Positions 1 through 13,731 of a DNA stretch of 64,000 nucleotides are shown here, one piece after another (positions within the stretch are counted from its first letter, which is position 1; every line of letters begins with the position of its first letter). The translations under genes and the position numbers were made by a program. The stretch is from the human T2T-CHM13v2.0 reference genome, Homo sapiens, in NCBI RefSeq assembly GCF_009914755.1, contig NC_060930.1; one strand, given 5' to 3'. The notes under the pieces are model-generated. The model had not been told where the DNA came from. It saw only the letters and a program-made list of their open reading frames with translations, and ran no database searches.

Positions 1-59
1 TTAATTCACTGCAATTACATTTTTCAGTTCAACAAAATATACCACATACAAGGTTAATA

Positions 60-1227
<1,168 letters not shown>

Positions 1228-1596
1228 TAGCACAATGCTACTGTAAATATAAAACCCATATGTACCAAAGCAATATATATATTATGAGAATATACAAATC
1301 TAAAATGTGTACATCTATCATAACAGCATATTGCACCCCATAAATATATATGATTATCTGTTGATTAAAAATTAAATTAAATTATTTAAAATGTACATAT
1401 ATATCCAAAGATATAGATCATGCACTACATGCTGGTCTAAGGAAATATAAAATGAAACAACATAGAAACCCCTATGGACTGAGGATGAGAGTGTGCCATG
1501 AACTGAGAAAGATGGTTAATGCAATTATCTACTCTCTGAGAACCGAAAGAAAAAAATTAATGAAGTGTTCCCAATGAGTGTACTTTTTTTTTTCAG

Positions 1597-1680
1597 TTCT
1601 CCAAGGATACAAAGATGAATGGATGAGGGTGGCTCTGTTAAGTTGGAATACATTTAAGAAGATGAGGCATCTCCCTCATG
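1597..1680 (+). other. Candidate spliced exon (probably lncRNA)
   Basis: Strong acceptor 'tacttttttttttcag|' and donor 'ATG|gtaaag' in non-repeat sequence; 84 nt. Confidence 0.3.
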
Positions 1681-2399
1681 GTAAAGGAATTCAAGGAATG
1701 TGTGAAATATTTCCTTCTTTTTAAGAATACACAGTTATTTGGGGCTGAGATATACCACGGAACTTGAGTAAGACCCATGTATTCGTACCAAATGTATGCC
1801 AAAGGATAAAAATACAGAATAAAGATGCGCAATCCATGTTCGTGGTAGTGTGGGTGATCACTTGTTTGCCCTGAGAGGCCCAGCAACTTGCTAAGGAGTT
1901 GGCTACATATCAAAGACTACTTGAGAACCACCCCAGGCTTCCCTTTTAGGTATAACTAAACAACCACTTACATAAATTTATATGTGAACGAGTTTTCTAA
2001 ATGAATATGCTTTTGTAACCTGGAAATAAACAGATATTCAATTGTGAGTACAATTAGACATTTTTTTATATGTGTTACAGGTTAACCCTGAGTGAGCCTT
2101 GGCAGAAAATTTTTCAATATCTGATGAGGAAAGACTGAAAAGAAACTAGGCTCAAATTCAAGTAAACTAATCTTGGCTGAATGTTGATAAACAATTGTAG
2201 GGCTATTCAAGCCCAAATAAGCATGACTTTAGGGAATATACGATTGTGAAGCCATTATGTGACTATTCTGTCAGGTTCATAGGGCCATGCATGCTTCAAG
2301 AGTTAGAGCTGAACTTCCCCTCAAGGTAAAGAAAATTCTCATTGAGATCATCCTAAGAATAGGTCAATATAGAAGCATACAATCTTTGCCCAAGACATA

Positions 2400-2968
2400 C
2401 ACAAAAATGGAAAGACCTCACATATTAATGGATTGGACGAATTAATACTGTTAAAATGGCCATACTACCCAAAGGAATCTACGGATTTAATGTAATCCTT
2501 ATCAAAATACCAATGTCATTCTTCACAGGAATAGAAAAAACAATCTTAGAAATCCATATGGAACCACAAAAGACCCTAAAGAGCTAAAGCAATTCTGAGC
2601 AAAAAGAACAAAACTAGCATCATCACACTACCTAACTTCAAAATATACTACAAAACAATAGTAACCCAAACAAAATGGTGCTGAGATAAAAACAGACACA
2701 TAGACCAATGGAACACAATGGAGAACTCAGAAATAAATTCATGTATTTACAGTCAACTGATTTTTGACAGTGGCACCAAGAACATACATGGGAGAAAGGA
2801 CCACCTCTTTAATACATTGTGCTGAGAAAACGGAATATTCATATGCAGAAGAATGAAACCGGACCCCTGTCTCTCACCATAAACAAAAACCAACTCAAAG
2901 TGGATTAAAGATTTAAAATGTAAGACCTGAAACTACAAAACTATTAGAAGAAAACATAGGGAAAATAC
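2400..2968 (+). mobile_element. L1M/L1P ORF2 fragment (downstream of RT domain)
   Basis: 'aaaatggccatactacccaaagg', 'atggaaccacaaaagaccc', 'agacacatagaccaatggaaca', 'taagacctgaaactac'. Confidence 0.9.
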
Positions 2969-2989
2969 TTTGGCAGTCATTGGACTCAA

Positions 2990-5090
2990 TATCTTCCTAT
3001 ACTTAATATGTTATTTTTCCCTGGCTATTTCAGTTTTTTCTACTTTTATGTAGTGTTGAGCAGTGTAGGATGTGCCCAGGGATGATTTGCTTTTTACTCT
3101 GTGTGCATTGGGTTGAGCTTCTTAAATGTGTAAATTTGGGACGTTTTTCAGCTATTATATTTTTTTGCCCTCATTCTTTCTCTCTATGTCCTTCTGTAAC
3201 TCCAATTACACATATTCTAGACCTTCAACATTGTTGCACAGGTTCCTGAGAAACTAGTCACTCAATGTTTTTCTCTCTGTTCTTCACATTTGGATAATTG
3301 TTATTGATCTATCTTAAAATGTACTGGATCTTTCCTCTATTGCGTTGAATCTGTTGTTAAGCTCAATTAGTAATTTTTTTCCTTCAGTTATTGTATCTTT
3401 AGCTCTACAATTTCCATGTGTTTCCTTAATAGTCTAATTACCCACTGAAAATTCTTATCTTTTCACTCATTGTGAACACACTTTTGTTTATGTCCTTGAG
3501 CATAGTTATAATAGCTACTTTAAAATCCTTGTTAGAGGGTGATGTCACCAAGATGACAGATGAGTAAACTTCAGTTCCCCACAGAGACACTGACATAACT
3601 ATAACAATATGTGCACAAGAATACCTTTGTGAGAACTCTAGGGACCAGTTGAAAAGCTACAATACTCAAGCCAACATCAAATCAAGAAGCAATCCCAGTG
3701 AAAGAGGTAGGAAAATTCATTGCATTTTATGCACCCATATTTGACCCTCTCCTACCCAGCATAGAGGTGCCACAGGAAGAAATATTTCATACTAGGGCTC
3801 CTCCCTAAGGACAGAACAAAAGAATGGACTGTGCATCCAGTCTTCTTGCTTGTCTGGGAGCTGCAAAGGGACTGCCTGACTTGAAGTGCTGATGGGACTG
3901 GCAGCATAGTTTGGAAGCCACTGAAAACAGAGATGAGTGCTGCAGCATGTTACAGCTACAGTTTTATAGGCATATGCTGGGGAGCAAGAGATTACAGCCT
4001 TCTGAGAAGAAGCAGGGGCAAGCACTTTAGGGAATTTAAGACAGCAAAAAGCACATGCACAACTCAGAGAAGACACGTCTCTGGAAAATGTTTCAGAGGT
4101 CCTAGAACCTCTAGCAGGACTGAGAGATGAAGGTCTTCCCCTGCATAAAGCCATCCCATAATGACTGGGAGAGGTGGTTGTTTTTTCTAATGCCCCAATT
4201 TCAACAAAAGATTACAAAGCAGACAAAAACAGGTAAAGATAGCCTGATCAAAGGAACAAAGTAAAATTCAAAAAAAAACTACCCTAAAGAAATACAGATT
4301 TATAGTTGGCTGACAAAGAATTGAAAATAATTCTTTTAAAATCCTTGTCACCAAATTTCAAAACATGGTTGAATTAAGCCTCAGGGTTTATCTCCATTGA
4401 TTGTCTTTTCTCTTGAGAATGGGTCACATTTTTCTGATTCCTTGTATGGTAAGTAATTTTGGATTTTGTCCTGGGTATGGATAATGTTATATTGCAAAGA
4501 TTCAAGGTTATGTCAAAAATCCTCTAAAGAGGATTGTTTGTGTAACAGGTAATTAGCTTGGTTGAACCAAACCACAAATGACAGCTCAAAACCCTATTCA
4601 GTTATTTCATCCTTAGTCGAGCATCTTTGAGTCTGTCTCACACATACACAGTCCAAGAGTCAGTCAGAGATTTGGGAAGAATTTATGCACAGAATTAGAT
4701 GTACTCTCTGGCTCTCTTCTTTCCAGGATTTTCTCCTCATTCTTTTATTTTCCAACACCTGTGGTTGCCCTAGACTTTGGCTTCTGATTCTTAAATCCAG
4801 AAATACTGTGGGTTTTCTATTGCAGTTTTAGCCACCCAGTACAGCACTATCCTTGGTCTGCCCTCAGGCTAAAGGCCACATAAAATGGGCAGCTCACCCA
4901 TGTGGCTCCCGTCTTCCCAGTGCTGACTACTCTCCCACATGTCTGCTTTTGTTCACTCATCAGTGCCTTCAGGTTGTTGCTGTTATTGTTGTTAAATATG
5001 TATTTCTTTCAGAGTTTACAGTTACTATCTGTAAAAAGACATGGTCCAATAGGAGCTTACTCAACCATGCTAGAAGTGGAAATCTGAGAT
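2990..5090 (-). mobile_element. Old L1M 5'/ORF1 region, interrupted at 3533-4334
   Basis: T-rich antisense ORF1-like sequence that resumes after the insertion ('ttgagaatgggtcacatttttctg'). Confidence 0.6.
3533..4334 (+). mobile_element. L1M 5'UTR plus start of ORF1 only (3'-truncated), TSD-flanked
   Basis: Starts 'gagggtgatgtcaccaagatgacag' (L1 5' terminus-like) and ends in ORF1-like 'tgacaaagaattgaaaataatt'; direct repeat tttaaaatccttgt at 3519-3532 and 4335-4348. Confidence 0.7.
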
Positions 5091-6599
5091 GATGTGCTAT
5101 AAAGTACTAAAGAGAAGCACCATATTCCCCGCCACATGAGGCTTCGGTGTTGGTATCAGTATTGACCACCTGTACAGGACAGTTCCCTATAGTAAAGAAG
5201 AAATTTGCCAGGGGCTGATGGCACCACAGATGACAAGGAGGATGGACCTGAAGGGTCCATCCATGAGAAAAACTTGAAGGGTCTGGTCCTGAGAATTTGG
5301 GAGGCAGTGTCTCAATAAATTCCTAATATTAACTATAGAACACCTTAACAAGGACCCACTTCTGACAATAAGCCCAGATGTAACTTATTCTATTTTAGTT
5401 TAGGTCGTACAAGCAAAGGAAGGGAGCTGTATCCTTGCAGATGAGCTGAACTATTTTATTCACAAAACCAGAAATATTGAAGTAACCTCTACTTAAATTA
5501 CATGACAATCAGATTAAACAGGAAACAAGCTAATGCCAATGTGGAGGACACCGCAAATTTAAATTAATATGCAATATGCAGTATTGGTCTTTCCAACACA
5601 GCTATAAAGTTTGAATCATTACAGACCTTTAGCAATTAACATTTACCTGGCCTATAAACTGAATTTGACATCCCTTTATGTCTGTCTGTTGGAAAGGTTT
5701 TATTATTAAAATATTAGAAGTCATATCACTATTAGACACATAGTCTCCAAATATTTACGTGTTCAATTAATGAGGGTGAATTTTGATGTGCCAGAACTAA
5801 TTAAACATATAAAGATATCATAAAAAGTCTGCTTATCTTACATGTGAGGAAGTAAATGCCACTTTCAGATGTACAGATGTGGCATTCCTTGTCATTATGA
5901 CCTCGTAAAAATGTAAAAGTATAAAATGTATAGTCTTATAGACATGTTTACCATAAAGTATAAACATTGAAGCAGAGTGGTTTGAGTATAAAGACCTTGG
6001 GTAAGTTTTCCTTGAACTTACTACCTTAGAAATCTAAACAGTTCTAGGACCCTTAGACAAGCTAAGGCAGCTTATTATTACATAGCAGCACAAAGATGTA
6101 ATAGTGCAAGTAGCTAAAAGCTCTAAAACCTTACAAATTTGGGGAAAAGTAAAATATCTCAGCATTATGGCTTAGCAGTCAAATGGTATAGTAATATGTG
6201 TAATCTGTCACTTTTATAAAAATGATTGAAAAGAAGTGAAATTATTCCAGAAATAATGATGCATTGAAAAGGGAAGGCAGGTGAAATTATTCTGGAAATA
6301 ATGTATGAGAAGCAGGAACCCCTACACCATTTTCTTTGCTTTAACAAATAAAGAAAGAATAAATATAATTGGAAGCAAAAACATGCTAGAGCTGTAGAGA
6401 AAGAGAAGGAATGTCAAAGAGGCTTAGGTATTCCATCATTATTTGAAAGTACTAAGAGATCTTGGAGATATAAGAAAGAGATATTAGAAAGGGGATATAA
6501 GAAAGAATTGCATAAGAAAACATTTGTGTGCTTGACAGCCATGGCCTTTCTAGACAGAACATTTTTTTAACCTTCCTAGAATGCATTGCAACTTATTGA

Positions 6600-7810
6600 T
6601 TGAGTGAGTAAATTTATATTGAGCACCTACTGTATGATATGTTAGAGAACAATAGTCTACAAGAGGGCTCTGCCTTCTAGAAGTTTAGATTTCTGTGGTA
6701 GATACAGGCAAGCAAAAGCAAAATTTCAATACCATATGATGGGCAGGTAGAGGCGAACTGCCTTGCTCCATGGAAACACATAGGGAGAACACTTAACCAA
6801 AGCTGAGAAGGATATTGAAGGAACACTTCACCAAAATAGGCTTAATAGAATATGTTTTAGAAACACAGAGAATACAAAAGAACTGGAGCCTACAGAGTAG
6901 ATATGAGGATAATGGGGCAAGAGCTGAGGCTGGAGAGAGTGCAAAGCTCAGTCAGTGAAGGGTCTTGTACACTCTGCTGTGGAGGCTGGTCTTTACCTTG
7001 AGAACAGTGGGGAGCAGAGGAAGCATGATCAGATTTGCACAGTAGGAAGATCACAGTATGAAGAATAGATAAGGGAGTGGGGCAAGGCTTGAGCCAAGGT
7101 GCTTAGAGAGCTCTTGCAATAAGCCATGGAGAGAGGCTGGTGGGTTTATCAAGGGTAAGAGCAGTGAGGATGCAGGAAAGTGGAAAGATTTGAGAGGTAC
7201 CAAGGACACAGAACCACCAGAATCTGGTGATTAATGAAATGTTGGGAGTTCGGAAGAGGGAAATGTGAAGAATACTGCCGAAAATGCTGTTTTGGGTCAT
7301 AAGATGAACAATGTACCAGTTATTAAATAAGGAAACCAAAAAAGAGGGTCAGGTTTAGAATAGACAACTAGAAATAATAACATCATTTTAAGGCATGCTC
7401 ACTTGAGGCTTCTGTGGGACATGCAAGTGAAGATTGTGAAGACAGAATATAGAATGATGGCTGAAAGAGACAGAGAAAGAGAGACAGAGAGAGAGATGAA
7501 GCTATGGGATTAGAGGACATCTACCAGGGAAAATATATGGCATGAGAAAGAAAAGAGCCAGAAACAGATACTGGTATGAAACTACATTTCGGAGTTGGGA
7601 AGAAATCACATTTCAGAGATGGGAAGAGGGCAATGATCTGGCAAAGAAGACTGAGAAGAAACATCTAGAGAGAAAGAAAACCAGAAAAGGGTGGTATCAT
7701 GGGAGCCAAGCAGAGTCTTGTGGGAACATGGACGTGTTCAAAAACACTGAGAGAGGACAAATAAAATGGAGACTATAAAATATCCATTAAATTTAGTGAC
7801 ATTTACACAA
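6600..7810 (-). mobile_element. L2 fragment
   Basis: 'tattgagcacctactgt' (reverse of the L2 3' end) followed by purine-rich diverged L2 body. Confidence 0.75.
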
Positions 7811-8386
7811 ATAATAACTTCCCTGTGTTGCAGACCAGTGGATTCCTCCTTTATAGAGAGGAAGTAAGCTGTTTTTAATGACTCGCTGTGACCTGCCAGC
7901 TGTCTGGAATTGTTCAGTCTGCTCAGAAACTCCAGCTCTCAGTATGCTTGCCTCTCAGACATGTTAACAAACGCTAGTGTATGTGCACCCTCTCAGCATC
8001 CGGCATTTGCAATGATCCCACCAATAGCTACAAATAAGCAAATAAAGAAATCCCTCCTTTTGTCAACTGTTTTCTCTTCTTCTTTTCCTCTTCCTGTGAT
8101 TCTCTTCCTTTTCAATGAGGATTCAGTACTAAGGAGTCTTAGATGTACAGGTTTGGGAAAGCAAAGCCTCAAAATCAGAATAATTCATCAGCATCTAGAA
8201 AAAAAGACCAGTGTTTTAACACTGCTCCTATTTTCTACTGCAACTCATCTTTTTTACTATTCTAAAAGTGTATGCTGTGGGCCTTGCTTTTATATTGCAA
8301 GAATTATCTCCCTAAGGCTTGCTACAATGAAAAAGACTTAACCATAGTTAGCAGCTCATCACTGAAAGAGATATCAGGAGGAGACC

Positions 8387-8576
8387 AATCCTCACCTCCT
8401 TATACATAGACACACACATACACACATACACACACACACACACACAAGCACACACACACAGTTTTCTTATATCCCATTGCCTACTGCCTAAATCCTCACC
8501 TCCTTATACACACACACACACACATACACACACACAAGTGCACACAGTTTTCTTACATCCCATAGCCTATTGCCTA
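8387..8576. repeat. Two-unit tandem duplication, each unit containing a (CA)n tract
   Basis: Units 8387-8490 and 8491-8576: aatcctcacctccttatac-(CA)n-gttttctta(t/c)atcccat..gccta(c/t)tgccta. Confidence 0.9.
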
Positions 8577-10947
8577 ATACGTCCTCTTTGGTGAATATTC
8601 TCTCTTATATCATAAGTGACTCTTTACTTGCTTGTTTCCCACTCTGTATTTAGGCTTCTTCAAAATAGGAACAGTTTCTTGTACTTGGATCCTACCAGCA
8701 CCTAACATCATGCCTTGGACATGGTGACTACTTCACATATAGTTGTCAAATTTAAATTTATTTAATGAATTGATTAAAAAGCTTATCAGTGTTCTTTTGG
8801 TTCTCAGTTCTTTACAAAGATTAGAAAGTATTACAATTTTTTTCAATTTCTGAAATAAATTATCTCCATTAGAGGCCTTATATAAGGATTTAACTTACTT
8901 TGTGGCTTATATCATTAGGTTATATTCATTTTGTTATTTGACTCTTAGTGAAGTGACATGTAAATAATACACTTTAAATATAAAGCAAATGTTTCAAAAG
9001 TACAATAGTGAGCTCTTTGAACACTAGTGTCGGCAAATTCATTGAGCTTTGGGTGCATTTTCTTTCATGTAAATTATATCTTTCTAAAGTTTATTTTAAA
9101 AATTACTTTTGAATATACCAATAACTAATAATAAGATTGAATCAGCAGTCAAAAACCTTCCAACTAAAAAACAAAACAAAACAAAAACACAAGACCAGAT
9201 GGCTTCACTGCAGAATTCTATCAAATACTTAAAGAAGAATTAACACCAACCTTCCAAAAAATTGAAGAGAGGGAATACTTCCAAATTTATTCTATGAGGC
9301 CAGAATTACCTCAGTACAAAAGCCAGTTGAGAAAAGAAAACTACAAGCCAATAACCCTGTTGAATAGATGCAAAAATCCTCAACAAAATATTAGAAACCA
9401 GAATTCAACAGCATATTAAAAAGATTATACTACATACCGTATTATACCACAACCAAGTGGGATTTATCCCTGGGATGTAAGGATGGTTCAATATACAAAA
9501 ATCAATGAATGTAATGCACCACATTAACAAAATGAAGGACAAAAACTAAGTGATCATCTCATTTGATGCAAAAAAAAATTTCATAAGATTTAACACTTTT
9601 TCCTGATAAAAATGCCCAACAATTAGTAATAGAAGAAAACTACCTGAACATAATAAAGGCTGTATGTGAAGAGCCCACAGCTATCAGACTCAATGGTGGA
9701 AGACTGAGAACATTTCATTTTTATGATTAATGGCAAGACAAAGATGCCCCTCTCACCACTTTTATTCAATGTAGTATTGAAAGTCCTAGCCAGAGCAATT
9801 AGGCAAGAAAAAGAAATAAAAGGAACCAAATTAAAAAGAAAGAAGTAAAAATTATCTGTTTGCAAAATATGTGATCTTATATGTAGAAAACCCTAAAGAT
9901 TCCATACACAAAAACCTGTTAGAACCAAGAAGTAAATTCAACAAAATTGCAAGATACAAAATCAATATGCAAAAAACACTTGTTTCTTTACACTAAGAAT
10001 GAACAACTTGAAAAGGAAATTAACAAAATAATTCCATTTATAATAGCATCAAAAAGAATAAAATACTTGGGAATCAACTTAAGAAGGTGAAAAACTTGTT
10101 CACTGAAAACTACACAAGAAATGGAAAAAAAAAACACAAATAAATGGAAAGACATTCCATGTTCATTAATTGGAAGACTAAATATTGTTAAGATATCAAT
10201 ACTAACCAAAGCAGTCTACAGATTCAATGCAATTCCTATCAAAATCCCAATGGTACTTTTTGCAGAAATAGAAAAAAGGATTCTAAAATTCATATGGAAT
10301 CTCAAAAGACCCCAGCTAGCCAAAACAATTTTGAAAAAGAAGAACAAAGTTAGAGGACTTATACTTCCTAATTTCAAAATGTATTACAGAGCTACAGGAA
10401 TCAAAACAGTGTGGTACTGGCATAAAGACAGAATAGATCAATGTAATAGAATAGAGAGCCCAGAAATAAATGCTCTTCAGCAAAGATGCCAAGAGCACAC
10501 AATGGGGAAAGGACAGTCCCAACAAACGGCTTTGGGAAAAGCAAATATCCACACGCAGAGAAAATGAAGTTGGACCTTCTCTTACACCTTATACAAAAGC
10601 TAATTCAAATGAATTAAAGACATAAACATAAGACCTAAAATTATAAAATTCCTAGATGAAAACGTAGGGGGAAAGCTTCACAACATTATATTCAGCAATA
10701 ATTTATTGGCTATAACACAACACCAAAAGCACAGGCAACAAAAGCAAACATTGACAAATGAGACTACAACAAACAAAAAATTTTATGTGTCAATGAACAC
10801 AATCAACAAAGTGAACAGTAACATACAAAATGGGAGAAAATACTTGCAAATCATGTATCTGATAAGGGGTTGATATCCAGAAGATATAAAGAACTCCTAC
10901 AACTTAACAATAAAATAATAAATAACCCATTTAAAAATGGACAAAGG

Positions 10948-11450
10948 CAGCACTAGAAACAAATGAGCCATCAAGCCATGAAAATACTTGGAGGAAACAT
11001 AAATGAATATTACCAAGCAAAAGAAGACAATCTAACAAAGGCTTCCATATGATTTGTACTGCATGACTTTCTGGAAAAGTCAAAACTATGGAGACAGTAA
11101 AAAAGATCAATGGTTGCCAAGGGCTGAGAGAAGAAAGGAATGAGTGAGCAGAGCATGGGGGATTTTCAGGGTAGTGATACTATAGAGGTGGATCACTTCT
11201 ATTATAAATGTGTCTAAACCCATAGAATATACAACACCAATACTGGACCTTAATGTAAACTATGGACTCTGGATGATAACAATGTGTCAATGCAAGTTCA
11301 TCAATTGTAACAAATGTACTGCTCTAGTAGGAGAGATTGATAATGGGGAAGTCAATACTTGTATGAGGTCAGGGAGTACCTGGACACCTCTGTACCTTCT
11401 TTTCAATTTTGCTGTGAATCAAAAATTGCTCTAAAAATAATCTTTTCTTT
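10948..11450 (+). mobile_element. L1MC1-like 3' end nested in the L1MB
   Basis: 'gagccatcaagccatgaaaa', 'aaaactatggagacagtaaaaaagatc', 'taatgtaaactatggactctgg'; flanked by aatgg(a/g)caaag at 10936-10946 and 11451-11461. Confidence 0.8.
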
Positions 11451-12273
11451 AATGGGCAAAGTGTTTGAATAGGGATTTCTCCAAATATAATATACAAATG
11501 GATCAACAAGCACGTGAAAAGATTCACTGCATCAATCATTAGAAAAATGCAAGTCAAAACCGCAATGAGATACCACCTTACATCCAGCCGGATGTCTATT
11601 ATTGAAAGAAACAGAACATAACAAAATTTATTGGCGACAAAAAGTACTGGTGAAGGAAAAATTGGAACCCTTTCTGCACTGCTGGTGGGACTGTAAAATG
11701 GTGCAACTGCTGTGAAAAACAGTATGGTGATTCCTTCAAAAAATTAAAAATAGAACTACCATATGATCCAGCAATCACAATTCTGGTTATACACCTAAAA
11801 GAATTGAATGCAGGGTCTCAAAGAAATATTTGCACACCCATGTTCATTGCAGTACTAGCCATGATAGCCAAGAGCCAAAGGCAAACCTAAACACCCATCA
11901 ATGAATGAGGGGTAAAGAAAATGTGTACAAACAGTGGAATATTATTCGGCCTTAAAAATGAAGGAAATCAATCACATGTTACAACATAGATGAACTTTGT
12001 GAGCATTATGCTAAATGAAGCAAGCCAATCACTAAACGAAAACTACTGCTAAATTCCTCTTATATGAGGTATCCTAGGTAGTCAAAATTCATAGAAACAG
12101 AAGTAGATGGTGGTTACCAGGATCTGGGATGAGAGAAAAGGGGAAGTTGGTGTTTAATGGGTATAGACTTTTAGTTTTGCAAGATGAAAAAGTTCTGCAG
12201 ATCTAATGTACAACAAAGTGAATATACTTAATAGTCCTGAATTGTACACTTAAAATGGTTAAGGCGGTAAATT

Positions 12274-12274
<1 letters not shown>

Positions 12275-12315
<41 letters not shown>

Positions 12316-12320
12316 GTCTA
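12275..12320. repeat. (TATC)n tetranucleotide microsatellite
   Basis: About 10 perfect TATC units followed by TGTC. Confidence 0.95.
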
Positions 12321-12479
12321 TATATTATTAAAATATATATAATATTATATGTATTTTAACCATAGTTGAAAAACAATTACTCCTGCCAGAAGGTAAGAAC
12401 AGCAATATGCCTGCAAGATAACACAAATCTTGAAATAACAACACGCTTTTTAATGCAATTTGTCCTCCTTTGCTAAATC

Positions 12480-12760
12480 TTGCCTCAATTTGCACCGCAG
12501 AGAGAACTTCCGTAGCCACGCTCTCGAAAATATTCCCTTTTCAGTTACCATTCCCTTTTCTCTACTTTGTCTTCATAACACTTCAAGCACTACCTGACAT
12601 TAAATTATGTGTTTCTTTGTTTAATTTTTATTGTCTGTCTTTCTATTGAAATGTAGATTCCATTAGGACAGGGACTTTATACTGTTTTGTGATATACACA
12701 ACACCTTGAAGAATGCCCAACACATTGGCAGGCTTGCAACAATTACATAAATGAATAAAT
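12480..12760 (+). mobile_element. L2 3' fragment
   Basis: 'atgtagattccattaggacagggacttt...aatgaataaat'. Confidence 0.65.
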
Positions 12761-13334
12761 TGACATTATTGAGAGAAATAACTTCCACATAAGGAAGGGA
12801 AATTTATCATCTAATCCATCTATTTCAGTTGCTTTTTACATCACAAATGCTTATAGTATTTCTGACCTGTTTAAATTAATGAAATAAGTAGATTTCAGCA
12901 TGGCAAATCAATTCATGTAGACAGTTACAGCTCATCACTTACACTGAATCAATAAGCATGATCTACAAAGACAGCTAAGGCAATGGAATCATCCATATGG
13001 CCAAATGTTATGAATAAATATGTAGTACTTTAATCAGAATATTTTTATTATTCAGATAACTAACCACCAAAGTTCTTATGTTTCAGGCTCTTTTGCAGCT
13101 TGGATACATCCTTTATATTAGGATATTAGTCATTGTCTTTGCTCACTCATTATTTATTAAACTAGTTAAACTGTATGCCACTTAATTGTTTTTCAATCTC
13201 CTCTAAAATTTTGGAGCTTCCAAGAAATACATATTAAACAGGAAATATCAGGTGTAGAAGATACACCATTGACTCCTCTGTGTACCTGTCTACTGTAGTT
13301 GTAGAAAATATAGTCCAGTAGATTATAGTTTGAT

Positions 13335-13540
13335 GAATGTATTCTAATAGAGTCAGCAAGATCAACATTTGAATGGAACTCTGCCACTTACTAGCTAAGT
13401 AGACTTGGGTTACATTAGGTAAAGCTCACTGATTTTTTGATTCCTCAACTGTAAAATGTATCAATAATACCTATGCTACAGGTCTGTTTAGAGAACTAAA
13501 TAAAATATGTGGCAGTTCCTGACTGCTCAGTGCTCAAGGA
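13335..13540 (+). mobile_element. MIR
   Basis: 'ctctgccacttactagct...ttcctcaactgtaaaatg'. Confidence 0.7.
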
Positions 13541-13705
13541 ATGCTCTGTTTTCCTTAGTATTTTGACCCTACCCTTTTTTTCTTAATTTCAGTTACATTT
13601 TATTGAAAATTAGTGTTACTTTAAAAAAATTTAATGTTTATTTAAATAGTTTAGAAGAGATTTTGATATTTTAAGAAATTTTATGATGAATCATTTTACT
13701 ACGAA

Positions 13706-13731
13706 AACAATTGCTTTATAAAGCAATTGTT
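13706..13731. repeat. Perfect 26-bp palindrome
   Basis: aacaattgcttta|taaagcaattgtt. Confidence 0.95.

Larger units (their letters stand above)
9110..12370 (+). mobile_element. L1MB-type element (ORF2 RT region to 3'UTR), degenerate
   Basis: ORF 10121-10567 translates to L1 ORF2p-like [18 protein letters not shown]...[13 protein letters not shown]; the 3'UTR 'gttttgcaagatgaaaaagttctg...gaattgtacacttaaaatggttaag' is L1MB-like. Confidence 0.92.

Noticed and set aside
7910-8341. 143-aa ORF; likewise 45432-45875 (147 aa) and 32157-32498
   Set aside because: Non-ATG starts, low-complexity or hydrophobic composition, no recognisable domain; expected by chance.
10121-10567. 148-aa ORF resembling a retroelement protein
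   Set aside because: Fragment of a degenerate L1 ORF2 surrounded by stops and frameshifts; the same applies to 27743-27952 and 59104-59466.
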